Notes: generated from the sequence alone by a model not told the origin. DNA of 64,000 nucleotides from an uncultured delta proteobacterium (GCA_963787125.1 CAWBBV010000001.1:480001-544000), one strand, 5' to 3'; positions 1 through 10,581 are shown, counted from the first letter of the stretch. Numbers and translations are program-made.

Positions 1-1023
1 ACAAAAGGTCCTGGAGTGACCATTGGACGTAGCGGGGCGTCTTTTGGAGTCGCAGCATATTCTGGTATTGACTACTGGCCACTGAATACAGCTTTGTATG
101 TCACCGACTTCAAGGGGAATGATCCTAAATTTGTTTTCTATTTCATGAAGGCGTTTGATTTTTCTAGTTACAATTCCGGTAGCGCGCAGCCGTCACTCAA
201 CCGAAACAACCTCTATTCAACTTCCGTAAAAGTTCCTCATCCGAACGAACAAAAACAGATCGTCTCAATATTGACTGCCCTCGACGACCGCATCGCCCTC
301 CTTCGCGAAACCAACACCACCCTCGAAGCCATCGCCCAAGCCCTGTTCAAAACGTGGTTCGTGGACTTCGACCCCGTCCGCGCCAAACAGGAAGGCCGCG
401 AACCGGAAGGGATGGACGCCGACACCGCCGCACTCTTTCCCGACTGCTTCGAGGAATCGGAACTGGGGTTAGTGCCGAAGGGGTGGAAGATTGGTGCCTT
501 GATTGATTTACTAGTTTTACAGCGTGGATTTGATCTGCCAACTTCGGATAGAGTTCCTGGTAAATATCCAATCATTGCAGCAAGTGGTCCAAGCGGCACT
601 CATAACGTCACAATGGCTAAAGCACCTGGTGTAATTACTGGTCGCTCAGGCGTTTTGGGTCGTGTGTTTCTTGAGCTTGATGATTATTGGCCATTAAATA
701 CTGCACTATGGATCAAGGATTTCCGTGCCGCTACACCTTGCTATGCTTACGAATTACTGAGGCTTCTTGATTTTGCCTCTTTTAACGCTGGATCTGCGGT
801 ACCAACTCTGAACAGAAACCATGTTCATAATTTGAAATATCTTATTCCTTTCTCCAAGTGCATTGATGCGTATGAAGAAATTGCTATCAAACTGCATCAG
901 CGAGCTAAAGCTAATCGAGATCAAGCCCAAACCCTCTCCACCCTCCGCGACACCCTTCTCCCCCGCCTGATCTCAGGCCAGTTGCGCTTGCCGGATGCCG
1001 AGGCACTGATTGAGGAGGTTTGA
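1..1023 (+). CDS. hsdS: Type I restriction-modification specificity subunit (5' end outside window)
   Basis: Two TRDs ending GSAQPSLNRN / GSAVPTLNRN; conserved spacer LEAIAQALFKTWFVDFDPV; C-terminal LRDTLLPRLISG; hsdR downstream. Confidence 0.95.
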   Translation, partial: TKGPGVTIGRSGASFGVAAYSGIDYWPLNTALYVTDFKGNDPKFVFYFMKAFDFSSYNSGSAQPSLNRNNLYSTSVKVPHPNEQKQIVSILTALDDRIALLRETNTTLEAIAQALFKTWFVDFDPVRAKQEGREPEGMDADTAALFPDCFEESELGLVPKGWKIGALIDLLVLQRGFDLPTSDRVPGKYPIIAASGPSGTHNVTMAKAPGVITGRSGVLGRVFLELDDYWPLNTALWIKDFRAATPCYAYELLRLLDFASFNAGSAVPTLNRNHVHNLKYLIPFSKCIDAYEEIAIKLHQRAKANRDQAQTLSTLRDTLLPRLISGQLRLPDAEALIEEV

Positions 1024-1025
1024 TT

Positions 1026-1190
1026 TTGTAGGGGCGCGGTCTGTGACCCGCCCCGGTGCAATGGCCGACAAGATGCCATTAATGGAAAACCCAACGTCAA
1101 AGGCGGGCGGGTCTAAGACCGCGCCCCTACAATAAACGCATTCATCGTCGGTTACAGCAACAGGGCGACCCACCGGGATCGCCCCTACGA
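1026..1190. repeat. GTAG-type REP elements: inverted pair (REPIN-like) plus a third copy
   Basis: ttGTAGgggcgcggtctgtgacccgccc at 1026-1053 and its near-perfect reverse complement at 1105-1132; third copy on - strand (GTAGgggcgatcccggtgggtcgccc) at 1161-1190. Confidence 0.75.
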
Positions 1191-1267
1191 AAAACGTTAC
1201 CGTATGGCAACTGCCGAGGAATACTCGGTAGTTCAAAAATGGGAATTTGCTTTTTATGAACAAAATA

Positions 1268-1315
1268 ACCTTGTGTTTTTAACTTTGTAATTATAAATAT
1301 ACCTTGTATTTTTAA
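1268..1315. promoter_or_regulatory. 15-bp direct repeat upstream of the AAA ATPase, possible operator
   Basis: accttgtgtttttaa (1268-1282) and accttgtatttttaa (1301-1315), 33 bp apart, in an AT-rich leader. Confidence 0.45.
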
Positions 1316-1340
1316 ATCAAAACATACTTCAAGGTGAACA

Positions 1341-2654
1341 ATGCGCAGATTCATTGACAATCAACTCCAGCAATGGCAGGCCAGCACACGGCGCAAACCG
1401 CTGATTCTGCGGGGTGCCCGGCAGGTTGGCAAAACCTGGTCGCTGAAAGAGTTTGGTAAAAACCGCTTTGAATCGGTTGCGTTGGTTGATCTGGAACGCA
1501 ATCCCTCCCTGCGCAAGCTGTTCGATGGCGATCTTAACGCGGCGCGCATCTGCGCCGACCTTGAGGTGCTGCTGCGGCAGAAGATCACGCCGGGAAAAAC
1601 CCTGCTCTTTTTTGATGAGATCCAGGCGTGCCCCCGCGCCATAACCGCCCTGCGCTATTTTTATGAGGAGATGCCGGAACTGCATGTCGTGGCAGCCGGA
1701 TCTCTTCTGGAATTTGCGCTTAAAGACGCCTCCTTTCCTGTTGGCAGGGTTCAGTTTCTCAATCTCTATCCACTCTGTTTCGCCGAATATCTCGAAGCGA
1801 TCGGCAACGCCCCAGCTGCTGCGGCTGTTTTAGGTAACCCCGCTGACATATCACCCGTTGTGCATGAGCTTCTCCGTGAAGAACTGAAACGTTATTTTTT
1901 CATCGGTGGAATGCCGGCGGCTGTCAATGCATTCAAAGAAAACGGTTCGCTGCGGGATGCCTTCGAGGTGCAGGGGGAAATTGCGGAATCATATCGAATG
2001 GATTTTGCTAAATACACCCCTCAGGTTGACCGTTATTGTCTCGATTCAGTCTTTACCTCACTGGCGCAAAGTGTCGGGCAACAGATCAAATACGCACGAC
2101 TGGGCGAGGGGTACGGCAACCCGACACTGAAGAAAGCTTTTGAAGCGCTCTGTCTGGCGCAGGTTGCCCGCAGGATAACCTCGGTTAATCCCACTGGCCT
2201 GCCTTTGGGAGCAAGTGCATCAGTCAAGGCATTCAAGGCGCTGATGCTGGATCTGGGCCTGATGCGTTACCTATCCGGTATGCCGGACGATATTGAATAT
2301 GCCAGAGCGGATTTGCTTGCCATTTATCGCGGTGCCATGGCTGAACAGTTTGTTGGACAGGAGATGCTGGTATCACAGCAGGGAAGCCTCTATTACTGGG
2401 ATAGGCAGGCAAAAAGCAGTTCCGCCGAGGTTGATTATCTGGCTGTCATGAACGGGATTATTCATCCGATCGAAGTTAAAAGCGGCGCCAGCGGCAGTTT
2501 AAAAAGTCTGCATCTTTTTCTGGCTTCATTCCCGGAGTGCGGTAAGGCGTTGGTCTTTTCCGACCAGCCCTATTCTGATCTTCCGGAGCAGAAAATCACC
2601 TTTTTGCCACTGTATAGTGCTTTTGCAGCAACAAAGCCGTCGGAGAACATATGA
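1341..2654 (+). CDS. AAA+ ATPase (AAA_14 + DUF4143-type) with C-terminal nuclease-like motif
   Basis: Walker A GARQVGKT, Walker [10 protein letters not shown]-terminal AEVDY...PIEVKSG. Confidence 0.9.
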   Translation: MRRFIDNQLQQWQASTRRKPLILRGARQVGKTWSLKEFGKNRFESVALVDLERNPSLRKLFDGDLNAARICADLEVLLRQKITPGKTLLFFDEIQACPRAITALRYFYEEMPELHVVAAGSLLEFALKDASFPVGRVQFLNLYPLCFAEYLEAIGNAPAAAAVLGNPADISPVVHELLREELKRYFFIGGMPAAVNAFKENGSLRDAFEVQGEIAESYRMDFAKYTPQVDRYCLDSVFTSLAQSVGQQIKYARLGEGYGNPTLKKAFEALCLAQVARRITSVNPTGLPLGASASVKAFKALMLDLGLMRYLSGMPDDIEYARADLLAIYRGAMAEQFVGQEMLVSQQGSLYYWDRQAKSSSAEVDYLAVMNGIIHPIEVKSGASGSLKSLHLFLASFPECGKALVFSDQPYSDLPEQKITFLPLYSAFAATKPSENI

Positions 2655-5600
2655 CTGAAGACCAACTCGAACAGGAAACCCTAAGCTGGCTGGCCGATGC
2701 CGGCTACAGCCACCGTTACGGTCTGGACATTGCGCCGGACGGCACCGCGCCAGAGCGAAGCAACTACAGCCAGGTGCTGCTGGTGGGCCGACTGCGCGAG
2801 GCGATCAACCGGCTGAACCCGTTGGTGCCGACCGTGGCGCGGGAGGACGCCCTGCAGCAGGTGCTGAACCCGGATACGCCGGTGCTGCTGGCTGCCAATC
2901 GCTCCTTTCATCAACTGCTGGTCAATGGCGTACCGGTCGAGTATCAGAAGGATGGCGAGACCCGCGGCGACTTCGTGCGCTTGATCGACTTTGCCGATGT
3001 GGCAGCCAACGAGTGGCTGGCGGTGAACCAGTTTTCAGTCAAAGGGGCAAAGTATACGCGCCGCCCGGACATCATCCTTTTTGTCAATGGCCTGCCGCTG
3101 GTGCTGCTGGAGCTGAAGAACCCGGCTGACGAGAAGGCGGACATCTGGAAGGCATACGACCAGATCCAGACCTACAAAGAGCAGATCCCGGACATTTTCC
3201 AGTACAACGAACTGCTGGTGATCTCCGACGGCACCGAGGCCCGCCTGGGTTCGCTCTCCGCCAATGTCGAACGCTTCATGGCCTGGCGCACCATCGACGG
3301 CCTGACGCTTGATCCGCTGGGACAGTTCAACGAGCTGGAGACGCTGATACGTGGTGTACTGGCTCCGGCCTTTCTGCTGGATTTTCTGCGCTTCTTTGTC
3401 TTGTTTGAGGATGACGGCACCCTGGTGAAGAAGATCGCCGGCTATCACCAGTTCCATGCGGTCCGTTCAGCTATAGAGCAGGTGATCGCCGCATCCCGCC
3501 CCGGCGGCAACCAAAAGGGTGGGGTCGTCTGGCATACCCAGGGATCTGGCAAGAGCATCACCATGACCTGCTTTGCTGCGCGGGTGATGCGCGAAGCGGC
3601 GATGGAGAATCCGACCATCGTCGTCATTACCGACCGGAACGATCTGGACGGGCAACTGTTCGGGGTGTTTTCGCTGTCACAGGAGCTGCTGCGCGAGCAA
3701 CCGGTGCAGGGTGAAACGCGGCAGGACTTGCGGGCCAAGCTTGCCAACCGGCCATCGGGCGGGATCGTCTTTGCCACCATCCAGAAGTTCATGCCGGGAG
3801 AGGATGAAGACAGCTTCCCGGTCCTGTCCGATCGTCACAACATCGTGGTGATCGCCGATGAGGCACACCGCACCCAATACGGTTTTGAAGCCAAATTCAA
3901 AGGAGATGCCAAGGGGTATCAGGTGGGCTATGCCCAGCATCTGCGTGATGCGCTCCCCAACGCGACCTTTGTCGCCTTCACCGGTACCCCGGTAGCCTCG
4001 GAAGACCGCGATACCCGGGCCGTGTTCGGCGATTACATCAGTATCTACGACATGCAGCAGTCCCGCGATGACGGGGCAACGGTGGCGATCTACTTTGAAT
4101 CACGCCTGGCCAAGCTGGGGCTGAAGGAAGACATGCTGGCTGGCATCGACGCCGAAGTGGATGAACTGGCGGAAGATGAAGAAGACGATCAACAGGCCCG
4201 GCTCAAGAGCCAGTGGACGGCGCTGGAAAAGGTAGTCGGTGCCGAACCGCGTATCCAGCAGGTGGCGGCTGACCTGGTGGCACACTTTGAAGAGCGCAAC
4301 CAGGCACAGACCGGCAAGGCGATGGTAGTTGCCATGAGCCGCGACATCTGTGTCCATCTCTACAACGCCATCATCGCCCTGCGCCCGGAGTGGCACGACG
4401 AAGACCCGGAGAAGGGGGTTATCAAGGTCGTGATGACCGGATCAGCCAGCGACAAGCCGCTGCTGCGGCCGCATATCTATTCCAAGCAGACCAAGAAACG
4501 CCTGGAAAAACGCTTCAAAGACCCGGACGATCCCATGCGACTGGTAATCGTGCGGGATATGTGGCTGACCGGCTTCGATGCCCCCTGTGTCCATACCATG
4601 TATGTTGACAAACCGATGAAGGGGCACAACCTGATGCAGGCCATCGCCCGCGTCAACCGCGTCTTTCGCGACAAGCAGGGCGGGCTGGTGGTGGATTACA
4701 TCGGCATCGCCAATGACCTGAAACAGGCGCTCAAGGAATATACCAACAGCAAAGGTCGTGGCCGGCCGACCGTCGATGCCCATGAAGCATATGCGGTGCT
4801 GGAAGAGAAGCTCGATATACTGCGCGGCATGCTCCATGAGTTCGACTACAGCGGTTTTCTCACCGGTGGCCATGGCATTTTGGCCAAAACTGCCAACCAT
4901 GTGCTGGGGATCAAGGACGGCAAGAAACGCTTCGGCGATACGGCACTGGCAATGTCCAAGGCCTTCACTCTCTGCTGTACCCTGGATGAAGCCAAGGCGG
5001 TGCGCGAAGAGGTGGCCTTCTTCCAGGCAGTGAAGGTGCTGCTGACCAAACGGGAGATCAGCACCAAGAAGCGCACCAATGAAGAGCGCGAGCTGGCGAT
5101 CCGCCAGATCATCGGCTCGGCGCTGGTGTCGGATGAAGTGGTGGATATTTTTCAGGCGGTGGGGTTGGACAAGCCGAATATCGGTATTCTCGACGACGAC
5201 TTCCTCAATGATGTGCGCAACCTGCCGGAACGCAACCTGGCGGTAGAGCTGCTGGAGCGCCTGCTGGAAGGGGAGATCAGAACGCGTTTTGCCACCAATG
5301 TGGTGCAGCAAACTAAATTTTCGGAACTGCTCGCCGACGTCATCAAGCGCTATCAGAACCGGGCCATCGAAACCGCCCAGGTAATTGAAGAGCTGATTGC
5401 CATGGCGAAGAAATTCAAGGAGGCCATTGGCCGGGGTGAAGAGCTTGGCCTCAATGCTGATGAACTGGCTTTCTACGACGCATTGGCCAACAACGAAGAA
5501 GCGGTGCGGGAGATGGGCGACGAGATCTTGAAGAAGATCGCCCATGAACTGGCGGAGAATTTACGCCAGAATATCAGTGTTGACTGGTCGGTGCGTGACA

Positions 5601-5731
5601 ATGTGCGGGCCAAGCTGCGGCTGATGGTGAAGCGGATTCTGCGCAAGTACAAATATCCGCCGGATCGGCAGGAAGCTGCGGTGCAGCTGGTGCTGGAGCA
5701 GGCGGAAACGTTGAGTGCGGAGTGGGGGTAG
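2651..5731 (+). CDS. hsdR: Type I restriction endonuclease subunit R
   Basis: RPD...ELK nuclease motif, [33 protein letters not shown]. Confidence 0.97.
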   Translation: MTEDQLEQETLSWLADAGYSHRYGLDIAPDGTAPERSNYSQVLLVGRLREAINRLNPLVPTVAREDALQQVLNPDTPVLLAANRSFHQLLVNGVPVEYQKDGETRGDFVRLIDFADVAANEWLAVNQFSVKGAKYTRRPDIILFVNGLPLVLLELKNPADEKADIWKAYDQIQTYKEQIPDIFQYNELLVISDGTEARLGSLSANVERFMAWRTIDGLTLDPLGQFNELETLIRGVLAPAFLLDFLRFFVLFEDDGTLVKKIAGYHQFHAVRSAIEQVIAASRPGGNQKGGVVWHTQGSGKSITMTCFAARVMREAAMENPTIVVITDRNDLDGQLFGVFSLSQELLREQPVQGETRQDLRAKLANRPSGGIVFATIQKFMPGEDEDSFPVLSDRHNIVVIADEAHRTQYGFEAKFKGDAKGYQVGYAQHLRDALPNATFVAFTGTPVASEDRDTRAVFGDYISIYDMQQSRDDGATVAIYFESRLAKLGLKEDMLAGIDAEVDELAEDEEDDQQARLKSQWTALEKVVGAEPRIQQVAADLVAHFEERNQAQTGKAMVVAMSRDICVHLYNAIIALRPEWHDEDPEKGVIKVVMTGSASDKPLLRPHIYSKQTKKRLEKRFKDPDDPMRLVIVRDMWLTGFDAPCVHTMYVDKPMKGHNLMQAIARVNRVFRDKQGGLVVDYIGIANDLKQALKEYTNSKGRGRPTVDAHEAYAVLEEKLDILRGMLHEFDYSGFLTGGHGILAKTANHVLGIKDGKKRFGDTALAMSKAFTLCCTLDEAKAVREEVAFFQAVKVLLTKREISTKKRTNEERELAIRQIIGSALVSDEVVDIFQAVGLDKPNIGILDDDFLNDVRNLPERNLAVELLERLLEGEIRTRFATNVVQQTKFSELLADVIKRYQNRAIETAQVIEELIAMAKKFKEAIGRGEELGLNADELAFYDALANNEEAVREMGDEILKKIAHELAENLRQNISVDWSVRDNVRAKLRLMVKRILRKYKYPPDRQEAAVQLVLEQAETLSAEWG

Positions 5732-5874
5732 CTTTTATTGCGGATTTGTAGCTTGTCTGGCAAGGCTCCTTCTTGCCCTGTATATGTTTAGGTGCATTCA
5801 ACTTCTAAGAACGCCGGAAAACTAACTGGTGTTTCTATTATTCACATTATGAGGACAGAGTAGAGGATACGTGC

Positions 5875-6555
5875 ATGCCATTGCCACCGAAAGAAATATG
5901 GACAATTACCGAATTAGCTGCTCGATGGAATATTAGTAATAAAGAAGTAGAACGATTTTTTTGGACTGACCGTTTACACGCATCAATATATATGCCACTC
6001 AGGAGAATGACAACACACCATAAAAATCGCAACATTCATGAAGCAGAATTTGAAGATATATTCGAGACTTATAATGAACAAGGCAATAAAGAATTTATGA
6101 CAGACGGCGAGATTTTTATCCACTTCGAATATATTGAATGGAATGAACTTGATCAAGGCAAACTGGAGCCAAATATTGCTTATCTATATTCAATAAATGA
6201 CAAATTAGATTTCAGCCTTGTTGAACCACTTATCGTAAATAAGAAGGATATATACGTTACTATTGCTGAACTGGAGGAGTTTGAAGCGAAAAATTGTCAG
6301 TTAAATCCTGTAGAGACTTCTCAAGATATAGCGCCTAAAATGCATCCTAAGGAAAAAGAGAGTTTGTTGAAAATGGTCATAGCAATGGCAATTGATGCCT
6401 ATGGATTTGACCCAGCTCAAAAAAAGAGCCCGATTCCCAATCAGATTATGGGTCATGTCGAAATGTTGGGGCTTACAATAGATGTGGACACGGTACGAAA
6501 GTGGCTTGATAAGGCTGCTGAGTTACTTCCACGCAGTGAGCCCTCAGATGACTAA
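5875..6555 (+). CDS. Hypothetical mobile-element protein (possible DNA-binding)
   Basis: AT-rich 226-aa ORF; N-terminal ELAARW HTH-like segment and C-terminal DTVRKWL; directly upstream of alpA. Confidence 0.6.
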   Translation: MPLPPKEIWTITELAARWNISNKEVERFFWTDRLHASIYMPLRRMTTHHKNRNIHEAEFEDIFETYNEQGNKEFMTDGEIFIHFEYIEWNELDQGKLEPNIAYLYSINDKLDFSLVEPLIVNKKDIYVTIAELEEFEAKNCQLNPVETSQDIAPKMHPKEKESLLKMVIAMAIDAYGFDPAQKKSPIPNQIMGHVEMLGLTIDVDTVRKWLDKAAELLPRSEPSDD

Positions 6556-6587
6556 ACCGAATTCGGTTTAGTAAAAACCGAATTCGG
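6553..6587. promoter_or_regulatory. Tandem palindromes upstream of alpA
   Basis: Perfect 18-bp palindrome taaaccgaattcggttta (6553-6570); its core ccgaattcgg repeated at 6578-6587. Confidence 0.55.
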
Positions 6588-6647
6588 CCAACATCCAAAT
6601 AAAACCGCATAGGCTTACCTCAGATGAAATCACACGGAGGTAATCCT

Positions 6648-6899
6648 ATGAATGGCATGAAAGTATCGATCCAGTATTCACTCCCAGAAACCGGCTATCT
6701 GCGGTTAACGCAGATTATTGGCAATCCCAAAGCTAATCCACCCATCCCACCGATAATACCTATAAGTAAGAGTACCTGGTGGTCCGGCGTCAAGTCAGGT
6801 CTTTACCCATCACCGGTCAAACTTGGCCCGAGAATCACAGCTTGGCGTGTCGAAGATATACTGAATTTCATTACCCGCGATACAAATGCCGTTGAATAA
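6648..6899 (+). CDS. AlpA-family phage regulator / recombination directionality factor
   Basis: GYLRL.QIIG...PISKSTWW.GVKSG.YP.PVKLGPRITAWR; GGAGG RBS at 6636-6640. Confidence 0.9.
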   Translation: MNGMKVSIQYSLPETGYLRLTQIIGNPKANPPIPPIIPISKSTWWSGVKSGLYPSPVKLGPRITAWRVEDILNFITRDTNAVE

Positions 6900-8316
6900 A
6901 GCGCCACGGTCGGGGGGAAACAGTATGAATTCATCAAAATTACTTCCTGCATTCAATCGTCCTCAATGTGAAGACTCACAGGCAGCTGAAATGTCAGTTC
7001 TGGGGGCCATTCTGTTGGATCAGAGCTGTACACCCAAGGTGTCAGCTTTGCTTTCTGCAAACGACTTCTATCAGCAATGCAATAGGCTGATCTATACATT
7101 GCTATTGGGTTTGTATATTGAGCAGACCCCGGCTGACTTGATAACTGTCTGCCATCGGCTCAAGGCTGAAGGCAATTTGGATCGAGTCGGTGGCGCTGCG
7201 TATATTGCCGAGTTAGTCGACTTTACACCAACATCAGCGAATGTAACTTTCTACGCCGGGATAGTTTTCAGAAAGGCGCGTGAGCGAAAGATCACTGGCT
7301 TAGCCAACGAACTAGGTAGGAGCCCTGAAAATTTAACGGAAATATTTCAGCGCCTATCAGAGCTTCAGCATGAAGATCAATATTTAGTTCCTACTAAACG
7401 ACTTAAAGTCCTGAGTCTTCAGGAACTTTTGCAAACGAGATTTCCTCAACGCGAGGAACTGCTTGCCCCAATTATCCTTACCCAAAGCCTCAGTATGATC
7501 CATGCCTGGCGGGGCCTGGGTAAAACCCACATTGGGCTTGGTATTGCCTATGCCGTAGCGAGTGGCGGTACATTCCTTAAGTGGCGCTCGCCACGGCCGC
7601 GGGGTGTTCTCTACATTGATGGTGAGATGCCAGGAAGTGCATTGCAAGAGCGCTTGGCTGCAATCAATTCCGCAAGTGATCAGGAACCTTTACCTGAAAA
7701 CTTCCAAATCATCACCCCGGACTTGCAGGCTGTGGGCGGAATGCCGGATTTGTCGACATTTGAAGGCCAGGCTGCGGTTAATTCCATGATTACAACTGAG
7801 ACTGCACTGATAGTGGTCGATAACATCAGTTGCCTTTGCCGCTCAGGCAGGGAAAACGAGGCTGAAAGTTGGCTCCCAGTGCAAGGCTGGGCGTTGCGAC
7901 AGAGGGCAGCAGGTCGGGCTGTCCTATTTATTCACCACTCAGGGAAAAGTGGAGAGCAAAGAGGGGCCAGCAAAAGAGAGGATATCCTTGACTTGGTCAT
8001 AAAGTTGAAACGTCCGGTCGACTACGATCCCAGGCAAGGAGCTGTTTTTGAGCTGATTTATGAGAAAGCGAGATATCTCAAGGGAGAAGACACCTCCAGC
8101 TTCGAGTCTCGGTTGACAACCAATCCTGTCAGCGGGCTGCAGGAATGGATCTACAGGGATGTTGCTCTGACGACATTCGACCGGGTGGTTAATCTGGCCA
8201 AAGAAGGTCTAACCCAACATGAGATTACTACCGAATTGCAGATCAACAAATCCAATGTGAGTCGTCATTGGAAAAACGCTGTCGAACAGGGACTGATACA
8301 GTCAGGTAAAAAGTGA
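6886..8316 (+). CDS. DnaB N-terminal domain fused to a RepA-like (AAA_25) helicase and C-terminal HTH
   Basis: AEMSVLGAILL...DLITV...VGGAAYIAEL (DnaB_N); AWRGLGKT Walker A; LYIDGEM; IVVDN; IHHSGK; RGASKRED. Confidence 0.85.
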   Translation: MPLNKAPRSGGNSMNSSKLLPAFNRPQCEDSQAAEMSVLGAILLDQSCTPKVSALLSANDFYQQCNRLIYTLLLGLYIEQTPADLITVCHRLKAEGNLDRVGGAAYIAELVDFTPTSANVTFYAGIVFRKARERKITGLANELGRSPENLTEIFQRLSELQHEDQYLVPTKRLKVLSLQELLQTRFPQREELLAPIILTQSLSMIHAWRGLGKTHIGLGIAYAVASGGTFLKWRSPRPRGVLYIDGEMPGSALQERLAAINSASDQEPLPENFQIITPDLQAVGGMPDLSTFEGQAAVNSMITTETALIVVDNISCLCRSGRENEAESWLPVQGWALRQRAAGRAVLFIHHSGKSGEQRGASKREDILDLVIKLKRPVDYDPRQGAVFELIYEKARYLKGEDTSSFESRLTTNPVSGLQEWIYRDVALTTFDRVVNLAKEGLTQHEITTELQINKSNVSRHWKNAVEQGLIQSGKK

Positions 8317-8560
8317 GAGTTGCGCAGTTGCGTTCTCTGTGGCAGTGCAACTGCGCAACTCAATTTGAGGTGGGTCAAAATCGGCGTGCGGGTTTTGGCC
8401 CGCACGCCACACCGCGCTTGCGCGACGCAGAAACTGAGGGGATCTAAATGTCGTCATTTACATTCATGGCAACTGTTTGGCACATGCAAGTTTTATTGAC
8501 ACTAGCACCCTCCCCTCAGTTCCCGCGCTGTGTCAGTTTACCCAGACACAGCGCGGGAAC
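8317..8560. repeat. Cluster of three perfect inverted repeats (candidate oriV/oriT)
   Basis: 15-bp arms 8317-8331/8347-8361; 10-bp arms 8383-8392/8399-8408; 16-bp arms 8519-8534/8545-8560. Confidence 0.8.
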
Positions 8561-8614
8561 AACCCTAGAGTGGCTTTATCATATTTAACGCAACAAATAA
8601 CGGAGGACAGATAA

Positions 8615-8893
8615 ATGAGTAAGATCGACGAGACATTTAATGCGAAGGCAGAGGTTGACCAAATCCGAGCAAGGCGAGCCGAAGCGAGACGTAAAATTCA
8701 CCGTAAGAGTCGCCTCGATAAGTACCGGGCAGAGCTGGTCGCTATGAAATTGGCAGGAGCTTCATGTGCCGACTTAGCCGAGTGGCTCAGGGTAAATCAC
8801 CGCTGCAAAGTAAGCCGTAGTTCGGTGGACCGATTTTTAAAAAAGTTACCCGAGATGAATAAGATTCCGTCAGATGCGAAAGAGGAGACGTAA
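8615..8893 (+). CDS. Small basic HTH-like protein
   Basis: GGAGG RBS; GASCADLAEWLR...KVSRSSVDRFL helix-turn-helix pattern. Confidence 0.7.
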   Translation: MSKIDETFNAKAEVDQIRARRAEARRKIHRKSRLDKYRAELVAMKLAGASCADLAEWLRVNHRCKVSRSSVDRFLKKLPEMNKIPSDAKEET

Positions 8894-8894
8894 G

Positions 8895-9785
8895 ATGCCC
8901 AGTTTCCGCTCACCAAAAGCACAGGCCGAGCATGCCGTCACCTTAAAAGTGGCCTTGGGCAAGGGACGCCATGACCATAGGGACGACGGCAAAATTCATA
9001 GTGTCGGCTCTGCGAGGGGCTATCAGCAAGCCCTTAAGGGGGTGACCAAGTATGTGCAGGAACAGCGCCTTGGTGATCTTCGTAACATGACTACCGAGAT
9101 CGCACAACAGTATCTGGCTGTTCGAGCTACGCTAGTTACACAGAAAACCCTCGATTTAGATCGACAGGCGCTCCAGATGCACATGGGAATACGTCTTGAT
9201 GTTGTTAAAAGCGAGAAGGAGACCCATTTGTCCACTCGGAGCTATTCGACGGCGCAGATCGAGCGGATAGCTTCCGCCCAGTCGGAGCGAAACAGCTTGG
9301 CTACACAGATCGCCCACTGTGCCGGTTTAAGGGCACATGAGCTGTTGACCATCCGACCGATGGAGGAACGCGAAGCATCTAAACATCGAGAGTGGAGCGC
9401 TGACCGTTTTTTAGGCCGGGAAGGTGCGCGCTATACGGTGGAAGGAAAAGGTGGTTTGGTTCGAGAGGTAATGCTTTCGAATGAGTTGGCGAAACAATTG
9501 GAGGCAACGCGTCTTGTCGAACCTCGACAGGTAGTTGATCGGGGTGTGAATTATAGTCAGTATTACGACATTGGTGGCGGCCGGGCATGGAGTCAGAGTT
9601 TTTCTGCAGCCAGCCAGCGTGAGCTCGGTTTTTCGACTGGAGCGCACGGACTTCGTCATTCTTACGCCCAAGAGAGAATGGATGAATTGCAGGCCAGAGG
9701 CATGTCGTACGAAAACGCCAAAGGGACAGTCGCCCAGGAAGTCGGGCATTTTGATAAAGAGACTACGGAGGCTTATTTACGATGA
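8895..9785 (+). CDS. Tyrosine recombinase family protein (no arm-binding domain; possible relaxase or resolvase)
   Basis: GLRAHEL (R), GKGG (K), HGLRH (HxxR), VGH, EAYLR (Y); RBS before ATG 8895. Confidence 0.88.
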   Translation: MPSFRSPKAQAEHAVTLKVALGKGRHDHRDDGKIHSVGSARGYQQALKGVTKYVQEQRLGDLRNMTTEIAQQYLAVRATLVTQKTLDLDRQALQMHMGIRLDVVKSEKETHLSTRSYSTAQIERIASAQSERNSLATQIAHCAGLRAHELLTIRPMEEREASKHREWSADRFLGREGARYTVEGKGGLVREVMLSNELAKQLEATRLVEPRQVVDRGVNYSQYYDIGGGRAWSQSFSAASQRELGFSTGAHGLRHSYAQERMDELQARGMSYENAKGTVAQEVGHFDKETTEAYLR

Positions 9786-10507
9786 AAACACGATATTGGT
9801 GGATAGTTGGAGGAGTATGTCTCGGCGCCTCACTTATTTATCTACATTCAAAGCAAGAGACAATGGTGGTTACATGGTTAAATGCTGGCGTTGACAATGC
9901 TTCTGAAAATTCAAAGTGGGTTTTAGTTAATTATAGCAATGGTAAGGTTGTACATGCCATTGAATGCTTGGAATTTGCAGAGGGGTGGGAAGCTTTACGG
10001 GCCATCTGGCCACTGTCGCTTGGCTTAATTGTATTATCGGTTTCTATTGGGATAATTATAGGGAGATTTATTCGAGATACGCACGCTGCTGCTGAACATC
10101 AATATGCGCTTTCTGAGATGGAAGGAAAATATCGAGAAAGAATAAACCTTGCGATAAAAATCCACGAGCGAGCGGTAAGCATGGAGGTCAACGCAAAAGT
10201 TCGTGTCAAGGAGGTCAATGATAAAGAAACAGCGCTTATAATGAAAGAGCACGCAGTGGAGTGCAAGGAGCGAAATATTGAAAATACAATTGACGAAAAG
10301 GTGTTAACGACTCAAAAACTGCTAAAAAACCTTCAAGAAGACCACAAAAATCGTTATTGCAAGATGGAAAACCTTGAACAGGATAAACTTGTTTTGAGAA
10401 AGAAAAATATCTTACTGGAGAAGGAACTCATTAAGCTACATGAGGAAAATGTCTCTTTAACAAGAGAACTTTTGACCATCAAGATGGCTTCCAGCAATAA
10501 ATCGTAG
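9782..10507 (+). CDS. Hypothetical membrane-anchored coiled-coil protein
   Basis: Two hydrophobic segments then a long E/K-rich heptad region; ATGA overlap with the recombinase. Confidence 0.65.
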   Translation: MKTRYWWIVGGVCLGASLIYLHSKQETMVVTWLNAGVDNASENSKWVLVNYSNGKVVHAIECLEFAEGWEALRAIWPLSLGLIVLSVSIGIIIGRFIRDTHAAAEHQYALSEMEGKYRERINLAIKIHERAVSMEVNAKVRVKEVNDKETALIMKEHAVECKERNIENTIDEKVLTTQKLLKNLQEDHKNRYCKMENLEQDKLVLRKKNILLEKELIKLHEENVSLTRELLTIKMASSNKS

Positions 10508-10581
10508 ATTCATTATTTCCCAAGTAAATTCCCGCAAACCATAAATCGTAATAAGCCGTTCTCAATCGACAAGGAGGAAGT

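Noticed and set aside
4442..5545. 367-aa minus-strand ORF
   Set aside because: Antisense to hsdR in GC-rich coding sequence
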